A stretch of 63,994 nucleotides of DNA, counting the filler, from Atractiella rhizophila (Eukaryota), in assembly GCA_021432655.1 (NCBI GenBank). It is 3 parts of 3 records of this genome, joined end to end, with 100 filler letters (N's around TTAATTAATTAA, not from the genome) between each part and the next. Parts side by side here need not be neighbours in the genome. Positions count along the whole stretch, not along the records: positions 1 to 31,011 come from MU271704.1; 2 more parts are not named here. One strand, given 5' to 3'. The translations under genes and the position numbers were made by a program. This document shows, piece by piece, positions 1 to 12,916 of the stretch; positions within the stretch are counted from its first letter, which is position 1; every line of letters begins with the position of its first letter. The notes under the pieces are model-generated. The model worked only from the letters and a program-made list of their open reading frames with translations, did no database searches and had not been told where the DNA came from.

Positions 1-1818
1 AAGACGCTAAACATGGAGAGGGCTCTCTGCCGGAAGTGGAGGGCAACGATGAAAAGATGGAGGCAGGTGATGAGAACTTTGAGGTTGATTGGGAGAATGG
101 AGATATGGATAATCCACGAAATTGGTCCAAGGGGAGGAAATGGTATTATACGTTCTTTTCCGCCTCACTCGTGTGTCTTTCTCTTTCTCCCTCCTCCCTC
201 ACGCCGTCACGTTTTATTCCAATTCTGACTGGAACTTTAGCTTTTCAATGTTACTCTTGCATCCTCCGCCCCCTCTGCCACTTCTACAGAGCTCATAAAG
301 CATTTACACGGTTCGCACGAAGTGACTATACTCGTTACCTCCCTCTTCGTCGCCGGTTTCATTGTCGGCCCACTGCTTTGGGCACCACTGGGAGAAATGT
401 ATGGGAGACGTCCAATATTTATCTATACCATGATCATCTTCTGCGTTCGTCCGATGCCCTCCTGCTCTCTTTCCAGTGCGTCTCATTACAAACGGATGGG
501 ATGCAGTGTTGGACTCTTGCCGCTGCACTCGCCCCAAACTTGGCTTCCCTAATTGTGTTCCGATTCCTGGCTGGCACATTTGCTGCTGCACCGATTACGA
601 ACAGTGGAGGGGTATGTGCGGATCTGTGGAGCCCAGTAGAAATAGGGACACCGATGGCTTTATTCGCAATCGCTCCCTTCCTAGGTCTATCCATCCCACA
701 ATTCACCATTTTGTTCTTATACTCTGAATGCACAGGTCCTATCCTTGGGCCTATCATTGGAGGGTTCCTTGGAATGATCAACATCGATTATTCTTGGCGT
801 CTCATTCACTGGCTTCTCCTTTTGATCAACATAATTTTCACTGTCGCGGTCATTTTCTCACTCCCTGAGACGTATGGGCCAATCCTTCTTGCACGAAAAG
901 CGCAGAAGAAGAGAGAAGAAACGAAGGATGAGCGTTGGTGGGCGAAATCGGATAAGCAGACTGGAAGCGGAGTATTCCTTGTGGCCATTACAAGACCGAC
1001 TAGGATGTTGATTAAGGAACCGATCCTTGCACTCATATGCGTTTACCTTTGCTTCGTCTACGGTAAGGTTTCTCCTCTCTGTTGTTATGAACGGAACGGA
1101 GATTGACGTCGTGCTCTTCACCAGGACTGATATACCTCCTTTTCATTGCCTACCCCATTGTATTCCAGGGCTACTATGGGATGTCTCCAGGAGTAGGCTC
1201 ACTCCCATTTCTCGGAGTAGGACTCGGAGCGATCACGGGTGTGCTCAACACCCCCTATTACAACAGAATTTATGCTCGAGCTTTCGTGGAAAATGGAAAC
1301 AAGCCAGTTCCCGAGAAGAGGCTGCTTGGAAATATGATTGGCGGGTTGTGCTTGGTAGTTGGACTGTTCATGTTTGCCGGAACTGCCCATGTCCATTGGA
1401 TACTTCCCACCCTTGCTGGCGTTTTCTTGGGCTATGGGATACTGTGGTGCTTCATTTCTTCCCTTTCCTATCTCACAGGTGCGTTCATTTGCTTCTTTTC
1501 AATTCAGAAACAGCTGACAGAATGAATAAACTTAAATAGACTGCTATCGATACCTCACTGCTTCCGCTTTTGCTGCTTCAGCAGTAACCCGGAGCATATG
1601 TGGAGCTGGCGCACCTCTGTTTGCACAACAAATGTTTGATGCGCTGGGAACAGCCGGAGCGGCATCACTGCTGGGTGGATGTGCGACTTTGCTCTTACCG
1701 GTCCCCTTCTTGTTCTATCGGTGAGCTCGCGGTGGCCTTGTGTCTGTGAAAACAGCACTGATAGGAGAGCAGGTACGGACCACTGATTAGGAAGAAAAGC
1801 ACATATGCATTTGAGTAA
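1..1818 (+). CDS. MFS transporter, DHA1 (drug:H+ antiporter) family; multi-exon, 5' end outside window
   Basis: Motifs VDWENGDMDNPRNWSKGRKW, GPLLWAPLGEMYGRRP, FRFLAGTFAAAP, GPILGPIIGGF, LPETYGPILL and PEKRL. Frame is open from base 3. Last exon RYGPLIRKKSTYAFE* ends at 1818. Confidence 0.9.
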
Positions 1819-2130
1819 CTTACGGCCCTCTTAACGGCATAGAAGCATAGCGGCAGACTTGCATCATGATAACATTAGATTATATGTATATGCAATTGTA
1901 AAGCGACGTTTATGACAAACAGCCATTCTAAGTCAGCGCTCGATAAGCATCAATCAACGTGTAAATTTCGATTAAATCTAACGACATGCACTTTGCCTTG
2001 CGAACTCATTCTACTTCTAATGGTCCAAATGGTGCACTTTGCAGAGCTTCAAGTTGTCATGCGCTACAGCGACGTGGTGCGATCACGTGATGTCCAATGT
2101 GGATTGGACAGATTGGACATCACGATAATC

Positions 2131-5100
2131 ATGGCGTTTTGGAAGCCAGGTACAGCAGCTCCAGGGTCATCGTTAGACCGTTCGACGCACGGCGAAGGGA
2201 ACGTTCTGACCTCTGCACCCTCCTCATTCACCTCCAGCCTCCCGATCCACAGCTCGCGTCTCTCCATCCTCCACGCGCTCGAATCACACCAAGTTCTCCT
2301 GCTCGTCAGTCCAACCGGGTCCGGTAAATCGACACAAGTGCCCCAATACCTTTTGCAGTCTGGTTGGGCCGCCAATGGACTGGTTGGTGTCTCTGAGCCC
2401 AGGAGGGTGGCGGCGGTCTCGCTTGCTCAAAGAGTGGCAGAGGAGAGAGGCACACGGGTAGGGGATGAAGTGGGGTATGAGATAAGATTTGAGAGCTTAA
2501 GGAGCGAGGAGACGAAGGTAGTCTTCTGTACGGATGGGTGGTTAGTCAAGGAGGTGGGCAGAAATCCGTTGCTTGAAGGTTGGAATGTTGTTATGGTGGA
2601 TGAAGCCCATGAAAGGGGGCGAGACACCGATCTACTCATTAGCATTTTGAAGAAGTAGGTGAGCTTGCTCCTTCATCAGGTGGAAGGATTTCTGCTTGCT
2701 ATTTACTTGGCTTAAGTGCCTGTTGAGATGAGTTGCGGCTACTTTTCAGTTTGAAAGTAAACCAGGGACCATTACCTGTATATCTGTCCAGAAACAACGC
2801 GTGTGATTTCTGCCTATAACTAAGCTCTCCCATCACCTAATAATGAAGAGGTGAAGGGGATGACGAGAATATCCAATTTGAAACTAATCAAAGGAGACAT
2901 CCGTGGCATAACCTCCGTTGAAGTCGACCCCTGGGATAAATTTGTATTTTGTGTTTGTTGATGTATCTGTAAGCTTACTCCAATCCTTTGCTACTGTTAC
3001 TTTCACTCTGCTAAGCTGTCTTCATGATCAAGGCGCTGTGTAGAGACTGTGGTTACCTGCGAACTTTGGCAGATTTCTGCTGTATCCTCACCTATCCGTC
3101 CTTGGTTAGAGAAGAGAATTCTTGGGATGCTGATATGTCGTCGCGTTGCCCTCATGAACATTTTCTGAGACGCCATCAACTCCTGGTCTACATTTCTCCA
3201 TCCCATCAATGCTTATCATCGTTTTATCGCGCAAAGGTGGTGACTCGCTAACAATTTCCTGTCTTAGAATTCTTCGCCAACGACCTTCGTTCCGCGTAAT
3301 AATCTCATCGGCAACCATAGATGCCTCTTCCTTCCTCTCATACTTCAACGCTCAGCAGACGACCGAGAATCCAATAGCCTCAGTGGTCAGCGTCCAGGGT
3401 CGCGTCTATCCCGTCGACATCTTGTACCTCGAGAAATCGGTCGCAGATTACGTGCAGGAGGCAATCAAGACTGTGATCGAAATTCATTTAAAGGTCTGCT
3501 GTTCTTCAACGTCACTACAGACTGCTCAAGCGTGGAGCAGCAACCGCCGGGTGACATCTTGGTATTTCTGACGGGACGGGAAGAGATTGATCGATGTTGC
3601 GAAGGTCTGGTGGAATATTTACCAAAGTACGCCTTACATGCTTCACTTCTTTTAGGAGGCTGATCATTTGTCAGTCTCCCACGGAATTATCCAACAATGA
3701 TGCCGTTGCCCATGCATGCCGGACTTTCCACAGAGGAGCAAATGTATGTCTTCGAGCCACCAGACCGCGCGAAAGGCACACGGAAGGTAGTGGTTTCGAC
3801 GAACGTTGCAAAAGCCAGTGTGACCATTGATGGTATCGTGTATGTTGTTGACTCTGGTCTGGTGAAGGTACAGCTGGAAATTTGTCTTGTACGGTGTTGT
3901 GTTGATCTGATGGCTATAGCAACGACTTTTCAATCCACACACTTCTACAGATATCCTAACCGTTGTACCTTGCTCGCTCTCGTCTCTCACACAACGAGCC
4001 GGACGAGCCGGTCGTACACGACCAGGCAAATGCTTTCGTCTTTTCCCAGAATCAGCTCTGTCCTCTTTATCGAAGAGCACAACTCCTGAGATCTGTCGAT
4101 CCGATCTCAGTTCCCCAGTGCTGGCTCTCAAGAATCTTGGGATTGACAATGTTCTGCGTTTCGATTGGCTCAGTCCACCACCAGCACAAATGTTGGCTCG
4201 AGCTCTGGAGTTTCTCTTTTCCCTCGGAGCTGTTGGTAGGGATGGAAGGTTATCGAAGCCGCTCGGGGAAAGGATGGCTGAAGTCCCCATGGAACCTATG
4301 ATGGCGAAAGTGGTAAGTCCCTCCTGTTATCCAGCAGTGGCAACTGAACCAGCTTTTAGCTACTCGATTCAAACGCTTTTGGATGTGGAGAAGAAATTTT
4401 GACGATTGCAGCGATGACACAAGTGCAGAATGTGTTTAACATTGGGGAAGGAGCAGAGGGAGCGCTAGGAGAGGTGGAACGAAGGAAGTTTACTGCTGAA
4501 GAAGGAGACCATCTAACTCTGCTGAATGGTGCGCCGTTTGCTCCTCCAAGGACTTCAAAACTAACCTTTAACAAAGTTTACAACGCTTTCATCAAAAGTA
4601 AGCTCCCAAGCCCTTTTACCACGTCAACGGCTCAACTTGACTTCAGATCGCAAATCTTCAAAATGGTGCCATACCCACCGGTTGAACTTCAAGTCCCTCT
4701 CTCGTGCTATCTCCATCCGTCTGCAATTGGCGAAATATATAAAGCGCTACGACATTCCATTAGTCAGTGCGAAAGGTGATCATGAGAAGATTCGCCGTTG
4801 TCTCGTCAGCGGTTACTTCAAAAATGCTGCTCGCATGCAGCCAGATGGTACCTATCGGACTGTGAAGGAAGGAGCTGTACGATTTCATACTTTGCTCACC
4901 AAATTGTCACTTTACTGGATTTATTATAGGTCCTGCATGTTCATCCATCCAGCGTGCTTTTCAATCGAAAGCCGAAGACGGATTGGGTCATCTACCACGA
5001 AGTGGTGGAAACTTCGAAGAGGTTCATGCGGGATTTGACCGTCGTTGATCATAATTGGTTGGCAGAACTCGCGTACGTCTGTTTCCGCGGGCAGTGGGCA

Positions 5101-5163
5101 GGATGTTGACCATGATAACTCTCTAGTCCGCATTATTACGAGTTCAAAGACGGTTCGAGATGA
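2131..5163 (+). CDS. DHX35: DEAH-box splicing helicase, DHX35-like
   Basis: N-terminus [17 protein letters not shown]; motifs [42 protein letters not shown]2/OB C-terminus. First intron is 2655-3267. Confidence 0.9.
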
Positions 5164-5700
5164 TCGTTGTCCACTTCTCACCACCTCTCTCGTTCTGTAT
5201 TTACACTCTTAAGAAGAGAAGTGTACATGTAATGTCCCTCTAATACTCCTCACATCTCACGCTGGAGGTGTCTCCTGTCACAATCCTATCGAGTCGTCGA
5301 GTCTTTGGATGTCTCTCCTCCCAAATCTTAGGGTGCAAACCTGGGTAAAGGCTCGGCTTTCGATCCTAATAATTAACTCTCAAAACCTGCTATCTTCCTT
5401 CGCACAAAGACAGTCGCGCTGAACAGAAACCAGTTATTCACAAGCATAAATACTGTTGTACAAATTACAAGCACAAACATAGACTGAAAGACTAAACAAA
5501 TGGCGTTTGACAGAAACGCAAATCAAGTCGATCAAAGCTGAAGCGCCCATGATCTAAATTTGCAACTTGAATGAATGGACTGAAACAAGGACGGAAGGGG
5601 GTGATTCTAATACTTTTGAGGCGTCGCAGACCCAAAGATTAGGTGAATGTCCTATGTACAGTTTGGGCTAAAGAGAAGAAAGGTTTAAGGATTGACGTGT

Positions 5701-7809
5701 TTATGAGACCCAGAAAGCAAGTGCGATGATGACGTAGAGAGAGATGAGCATGACACCTTCCATCTATCAGATGGTCCGCGAACATCAGTATAGTGCGGCG
5801 TCAGTGAAGAGAGAGGACGAACGTAGTTGCTCTTCCCATCCTGAACCAACAGGTTGACGAGAATGACGGAGATGAAGAGACAGATTGTTTCAAAGTTTTC
5901 GAAATAGAGCTAACCACGCCAAAGCAGCATGAATATCCATTTGGAAACCTCGCAAGAAGCGATAGAACGGATGGAAAACGCACAGTAAGATCTTTTCCGA
6001 TTACCCATCCGACAAGGACGAGGAATGGAATGACTCCCACGGCAATCTGGATCGAACTCCCGACAGAAACTCCAATCGTGATCTCCATCTTGTCCTTCAT
6101 TGCCATCCACACCGACGTAAGGTGCTCTGCGGCCTGTTGGCATCCATATTAGTTGGGTTTTGTTTGCCGGTGGAAATGAAATAGACGAACGTTACCAACG
6201 ATGGGGATGAGGATTATCCCGATGAAAGCTTTAGGGATCCCATGGCTGTTCGCGAACTCGTCGATGGAATCAACAACTGTACGAAGACATATTCTCAACA
6301 TAGCAAAGGAAGCGAAAGTGGGACATACGATAATCAGCACAAAAGCTAGTGAGGACGGTAACGACGACCAAAGACACGATACTCATGACCGGGTTCATCT
6401 TTGCCTCCTCTTCCTCCTCCTCAATCTCCTCTCCATCCTCATCCTTCTTCTTCTGTGCCTCAAACAAGTACGCATGGGTCTTCAACTGGAACCAAAGGTA
6501 CACAATGTATATGATCAGGAGGATGATGGCCGTCCCCCTCGAGATCGCAAGCAGTCCCTGACGCGTGACAGGGTCTTCGATCGCGATTTCGTCCTTTCCT
6601 GGATCACCCAACGTCCCGAGGGATTGAAGGACCAAAGCGGTAGTGTGGACCGGCTCGGTCTTATTCGTTCCCAAGCGCAGATACTCGTTCAGTCTCTTCT
6701 CGAGAGAACTCGAATGATAAGCGGCGGGGATGATGAGCGTGATGCAGGCGAGCGTCATAAGTGAACTCGACGCTTGGGCGGCTGTCACTTGAAAGTTGGA
6801 CTCGGGCAGGTAGAACCCGGCGGCGAAGAAGGAACATCCGAGGACGAGGAGGAGGTTGGAGAGGATGGAGCCGAGCATGGACGTTTGGACGATGCGGAGC
6901 TCTCCTTTGACGAGGGCGAGGATGCCCACGATCGCTTCGACAGCATTACCTGCGTTAGACATACTCTCAACTTCTGACTCATCATGTAGGTAGAGAGAGG
7001 AGGAGGCACCGAATGTAGCGTTTAATAACCCTCCTAAAGTCTGGCCGAGTTTCAATGCGACCTGTTCAGTGGCCTCTCCTAGTAGTCCGGCGAGAGGAAC
7101 GATGGCGCAGAAGGAGATTAGGAAGTCGGCGGTGCTTCCCCACCTTGCGAAATGAGAAACGAAAGAGAGGGGAACGAAGACGAGCAGGACGTTGAAATAG
7201 GAGCCAAATAGGAGCGCCTTGATGGACTCGAGGTTTGTTGGGGTGTGGTGGGATGAGGATGAGTGCACGAGGGGCAGCGTCGGGGATTTGGAGGCCTGTG
7301 CAGATGAGGAGACAAGTTAGTGAACAGCACGGAGGGGGTACCTCTCAAAGCAGAACATGATATCACAGGCTCAAGCGCAGCCATCCCCACAACTCACATC
7401 CACAGTTCCTCTTCTGCTCGCTCTCCCATGCTCATTCCCATCTGTCAATCTCCTTCGATAGCTTCTTTGTATGAGCCAATTCTTCCCACTAGGGAGGTGA
7501 AAGACTTTCATATCGTTGCCACTTCAATGGTGCAGCGATGGTGGTCGTTTTATGCAAGCTACGTAACGGGAGCACATTGGCACCCAGGACGTGAACTGCA
7601 AGAGGAAGCGATGGGCGGCGATGGTGCTCAGGGCCTTCGGTGTATTCGCCGAGAGAATGCATGTTGGAACTCACCTTGCCCTTCCTGCTCCTAATCCCAT
7701 TACTGCCTCCACTCCCATTGGGCAACAAAGGCTGTCTCTCGTCGTCCGCTGTCCACGCGCACCGTCACCTCCTCCTCTAACGCAAGCAAAAAGAAGACTA
7801 CGTACACAT
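5701..7809 (-). CDS. VCX1: Vacuolar Ca2+/H+ exchanger (CAX family)
   Basis: GGLLNATFG|NAVE, GSILSNLLLVLG, acidic loop, LIPIVGN|AAEH, VGSSIQIA; ends AFWVS*. Start read as ATG-T|intron|MSDDERQPLL. Confidence 0.92.
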
Positions 7810-9469
7810 GTTGAGGATGTTGTGATCAAAGTTTTTGCGTTTTGTTTGTTATGGACGCGGTCTCTCGTTTTATCGCCCCAAACAAGTTGGACGACTCGCG
7901 GCGCTGCAAAACCGGTTCCGGATTAGAGTGCCTGGATTGATATCGAATGCGCTTCTTGGCGAGATTGGCGGACGATGAGGACAGCTCGAACGTGAAAGAT
8001 GGCACTTTAAGAGCGAAAATGCAAGTAATTGCGACGCAAGACTGTGGCCGAGTATGAGATATATGAGACGTAGCTGGTTGAAGAGCGAAAGCTTATTACG
8101 TCATTGGTAGTCTAGTATTGCCGTAGTCGTTCACAAGCTTTCACATTTCTCCAATGCTTTGTCCTCTCCTCATCATTGCATGCATTACTGTGACAGAAAT
8201 ATGTGTAAACACTAAAACGACCAAGTTTCCAAATCATTATGCCTTGCCAATGCGCCGATTGACCTGTTATCCTGCAAATGGACATCCACCAAATTGTCAA
8301 TTTGCACGAGACAGACGTGAGAATATTGTCAACAAGACAGAAGAGGTAAAGGGGAGATACAAAGTTGACGCGACAGGGATAGGAAAGGAAGGAAGGAAAC
8401 TGAAGTTTGTTTCCAGACAATTTTAGCGAACATGTGGATCCTCAGGAGTTCACTTGTGTTATGTATTATTCATCCATTAGTGTCGACTTGTCGTGGCCGT
8501 CGATACATCCAGGAACATGGTCTGAGCCATGGCTCACGTCGACTAATAAGGGCATCCGTCGATCAGTCAAGAGTGAGTTACTTGACCAACGGAAAGAAAC
8601 ATGATGGACCTCACTCAGACTTTCTGGCATCTTCAAGTTATACGTCCAGCTAACAAGCGGTCAAGCTGTTTGCCTAGGTCAAAAGACTCGGTACGCATCA
8701 AAAGGACGCGAGAACCTATCGATGCGGGCATATAAACGTTGATAACAGACAACTTGAATGTCTGAGCATTCGAATGGCCAGTCCGCAACGAGCAAAGACT
8801 GTCATCACCCAAGCCTTCGACAACATCACATATGATAGACTGAGATGTACAGGCAGAGAGTGAGACTCAGCTTGTTGGACTCATTGCCTGACCGTCCTTA
8901 CACGCCGACTGAATGTCACTTTGACATTGTTTGAGGAATCCTCACCGACTAACCCTCTCTGAACCTATCAAAACCGTACCGTGCAAGCTCCGTGCCTTTT
9001 CACCATTCTTCCCTTGCCAGCAATTCTGATCATTCCCTTCGCTTCTCCATATTACTCTCACTACAAAATCTATTACACAGTATTGCATTTAATCAAGTAG
9101 TCGGAGTCTACAATCCGACACCCCGGATCCGGATTCAGCACTTCTAAAGAGGAACAACGACGAAGGTCCTTATCCAATCCTGGCGCTCCGCGGGACACTG
9201 TAATAGTTGTTATGTGAATAGGTTTTATTTGGGGTAGCAAAAGGAGGGTACGAGGTTTGAGACAGAAATAGCGATCAAAGTCGACATTTATAGACGCGAC
9301 GAAGGTGTAAAAGACACTGCGGTCATTGCTGCTGGCTGCTGCTCAGCACCTTCAAAAATCAGGATAAAAGAGTGCGTTCCCTTTTTTCCTCCTCTTTCAC
9401 CTTTTCCTCAGCCAAATAGACACTCGCTTTCGTTTCCTGCTTCGGTCAGTCGTTGATCCTTCTTATCTG

Positions 9470-11106
9470 ATGCGCGTAGAACGCACAAAAATGGGTCTTT
9501 TTCTCCCTCCAACCATCACCATCACTTCCCCAGACTTAAAATCATCAAGTCTGCCTTCCCTTGTCGTGCGCCGTCCGCGCTCCCGCCTATTCTCCCTTCT
9601 CGCACTCTCCCTCCTCGTCTTCCTCTACACACATACCTCCCTCATCCCACGCTTCACCATCAGTTCCTCCCCTTCAGCCGTCTCCGCCGTGCCTTCACCC
9701 ATACCTTCTTCCTCTTCCTTATCGGATCATGATCCCTTGCCGCCATTCGAAGTGCCTGTTCCACCGAAACAAAAGGATAGGAAAGTGGAGCTCACGCCAC
9801 TTGGGGAGCGCGCAGAACGGTCTTATGCTCACGTTGGGCCTGAGGGTTGGGAGGACTATGCGCATCAGCTGCTAGGGTTCGTGAGGGCGAACTTGCCTTC
9901 TGTAGAATCAGAAACACGGCGGTGGCTTTCCTATGGCACTTCCTCTCCACCGCAAGATGAAGGGAACATGCGTATCCCTCTCAGCTTATGGCAAACTTCA
10001 AAATCTTATTCCAAGTCGCTCAAATTCGGCTCATTACATTTGGGAAGTTGGAGAAAGAAACATGGCGACGCTCTAAATCAGACGTTCTACAACGATGACG
10101 GCATCACCAAATCGTCCCTCGTCAACGCCTCTCCTCTCATTCGCGAAACAGTGGCCAACCTCTCGTCGATCCATATTCAAATGTCGGATTTTTGGAGGTA
10201 CCTCATCCTCGCACGGGAAGGAGGAATATACAGTGATGCAGACACGAGGTGTTTGAAGGAGGCGTGGAAGTGGAGTTGGATCGGAGGGTCTCTGGAGGCG
10301 GATTTTGTGAGGGAACGTGAATCTCGATGGGCTCATTTCCTACGGATGTTGGGCCGTCCAGGCAGCGAAGCAAGCCCATGGGCTGTCGAAGAATCGTCTC
10401 GAGAGTCTGAAGAAGGTGCGGGAGAGAGGAAAGTTGTTTCGTTTGAGAAAGCAGGAAAGAAGGGATGGTGGCATCGGCTTTTTGGAGGTGACGAGGATGG
10501 AAAAAAGAAAGGAAAAGATGGGATGGGATGGGTAAAGGATCAACAGAGAGGGATTTGGTACGAAGAGCAATTTCAGGACGGCGTTGGATTGATCGTTGGG
10601 ATCGAGGCGGACGTAGGGGACCGCACAGATTGGTATGATGTAAGTTTCCCTTCCCGTCGTACATGAAGCATTAGTCTAAATTAAACACAAAACAGTGGTA
10701 CCCACGACCTCTGCAATTCGTCCAATGGACAATCGCCTCCGCCCGCGGCCATCCAGTCGCCCTCGACGTCGTCCGTCGCATCTCCTCACCCCCTCCAACA
10801 GAAACCATCGACCCAGAAACCGGTCTCAAAACGCATTCCATAATGGAACGCACCGGTCCGGGCGTGTGGACAGACGCCGTTCTGTCCTACCTTCAAGCAA
10901 AATATGGCGTCCATTGGTCAGATCTGAGGAGTCTGGAACCCAATGGAGGCGTGAGATATGGAGATGTGGTCATCAGGGGCATAAACGCATTCTCTCCTGG
11001 CGTGGGGGCTATGGGAAGTGGAACTACGGCTGATAGAGGAGCATTGGTCGAACACGGGTTTTGGGGGACATGGAAGAATCAAGTGAAGGGAACGGAGGCG
11101 GAGTAA
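9470..11106 (+). CDS. GT32 alpha-1,6-mannosyltransferase (OCH1/HOC1-like), type II membrane protein
   Basis: N-terminal TM segment; LWQT, DFWRYLILAREGGIYSDADT (DxD), LIVGIEAD, WYPRPLQFVQWT, TGPGVWTDAV, HGFWGTWK. One intron at ~10639-10695. Start may be the ATG at 9491. Confidence 0.9.
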
Positions 11107-11715
11107 TACGTTGTCTGTCTATACACGGATGGTTGGAGGACGCAGCACAAGTTGGATCACGGACAGGACATTTGGTTTGAGTTTACGCTTTGTTTGATAT
11201 CCGCTAGAGGCTCGAAAGCTCGAAAGCAGAAAGCCATTGATTTAAATGTACATTGTTAGTTTGTAGATACTACCTTTGCAGCTAATATTTATGTTGCACT
11301 GTATTTTTACATCATTCCTTATCCCGAGGACGTCCACTTCTTTACTCTTCCAAGGCGAATGATGCATTGATGATGTTCGACTTATTCAACGTTCAGGATA
11401 TATAGTAGCTGCCTTCACCGCAGCCTTTGCTTCGTCTTAATTTCTTGTGATGGGGACGACCTTACGTTCATAGGATTGGCAAAGCTCTGCTAAACTGATG
11501 TAGTGTACACTTTGAGGATACGATAGTCGCAAAAACAGCAAATAGGGATAGGATAACAGACGGATAAGTCATTGGCGCTCAAAGACTTAAAGAAAGTGGC
11601 CATTTTGATAAAGAACCTGAAAGGAAACCAAAACGAAAAAGCCTAACAGTTCTCCATTCCCTCCCTCGCCTCCCTGTCACCGACTCTCCTCAGAGTAGAC
11701 CTGACCAGTTGAATG

Positions 11716-12454
11716 TCAGTAAGAGGAGGAGGCGTCACTCATATTGTCGTCCTGCTGATGATGGGGTGTGCTGTGTCGAGAAGCGGGAATAAAGATCATC
11801 CCGCCGTTGCAATTGTCGTATATCCAATGGCCGCCAATATCAGTCGATGTCGTTTTTTCAAGTGATACAGACGCAGGGACAGTGGTGACGTTAGGAACCA
11901 TCAGAGCTCTATTCACAAACACAACAAAGGCAAGCGAGTCAGTGGAAGGAGAATGAAACACAAGAATTGACGAACCGGTCGTGACCATCGTGGCAGATTT
12001 GGCCTTGAGGGTCACAGACGTTGATAGCACCGTGCCTGACGGTCTGCGCTTCCCCTTTATTGGCGTTCGCGTGTCCAAAGGCAGGATAAAGCCTTAGGGT
12101 CGAATGCGCTGAGCAAATCCGGTGTCAGCACTAGTCAGCGTCTGAGTGACATTGACTTACAATAAACACCTCCCTCGTTCGCATTGTAGCCTCCATAATT
12201 TGGCATTTCAGCCTCCTCCATAGGGGAATGAGCAGGTTCAACTTCCATCACGACATCTTGTTGAACTTCAAAGTTGGCGGTAGGAAGTTGCACAGACTCG
12301 ATAGAAAAGGTAAACGGCGCGTTGAACTACAACAATATAAATTATTAAGACGATTGTCTAATTCTAAAGACGGAGAACAAACCTTAGCTCTCTTGAAGGA
12401 CGGAATGTCGCAGTCAGGTGACAATGCTCGCTTACGGCCCAGGACGGAAGACAT
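11716..12454 (-). CDS. Orphan hypothetical protein, 4 exons, N-terminal basic NLS-like segment
   Basis: Three canonical introns (GTTTGT..TAG, GTAAGT..CAG, GTTCGT..TAG) join into one open frame MSSVLGRKRALSPDCDIPSFKRAK|FNAPF...|...|ALMVPNVTT...SSY*. Confidence 0.6.
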
Positions 12455-12916
12455 GTTGACTAATGTTGACTTGAGAACGCGTCGAGACCACGGGAGGTAA
12501 GAAACGCCGCTGCGACACTTGTAGTGAAGGAAGGATAAGCGCGTCCTGCTTTGCTCACAAGCGTTGGGATACTTCGAGGTCGGGAAGCACAACGAAGGAA
12601 AAATGCGAGCGAAGGGGTGAATGGGAAAGACGCACCCTCCTTTTTATCGGAACCGTCCAGTACCGCACCAAAATTTTGACCATTTTGTGACTAATTTGGT
12701 ACGGTTACGCTAATTAACCGCGCTTTCCCGTTGTTTCGGACATCGGCGGAAAAGCGGTAGACGGAAGCAAACCTGAGCCACACTGCTTGCAGATGTGACA
12801 ATGAAAAGCAAGCAACCTGGGGTGAAAAAGAAACAACCACGTAGCGCCAAATTGACACATTGCAACATCAACTGTGTTAATAATGAGACAAGTTCTTTAG
12901 GACATCCAACATATAA

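Noticed and set aside
8112..8653. Short ORFs between VCX1 and the GT32 gene
   Set aside because: No recognisable motif or consistent splice model.
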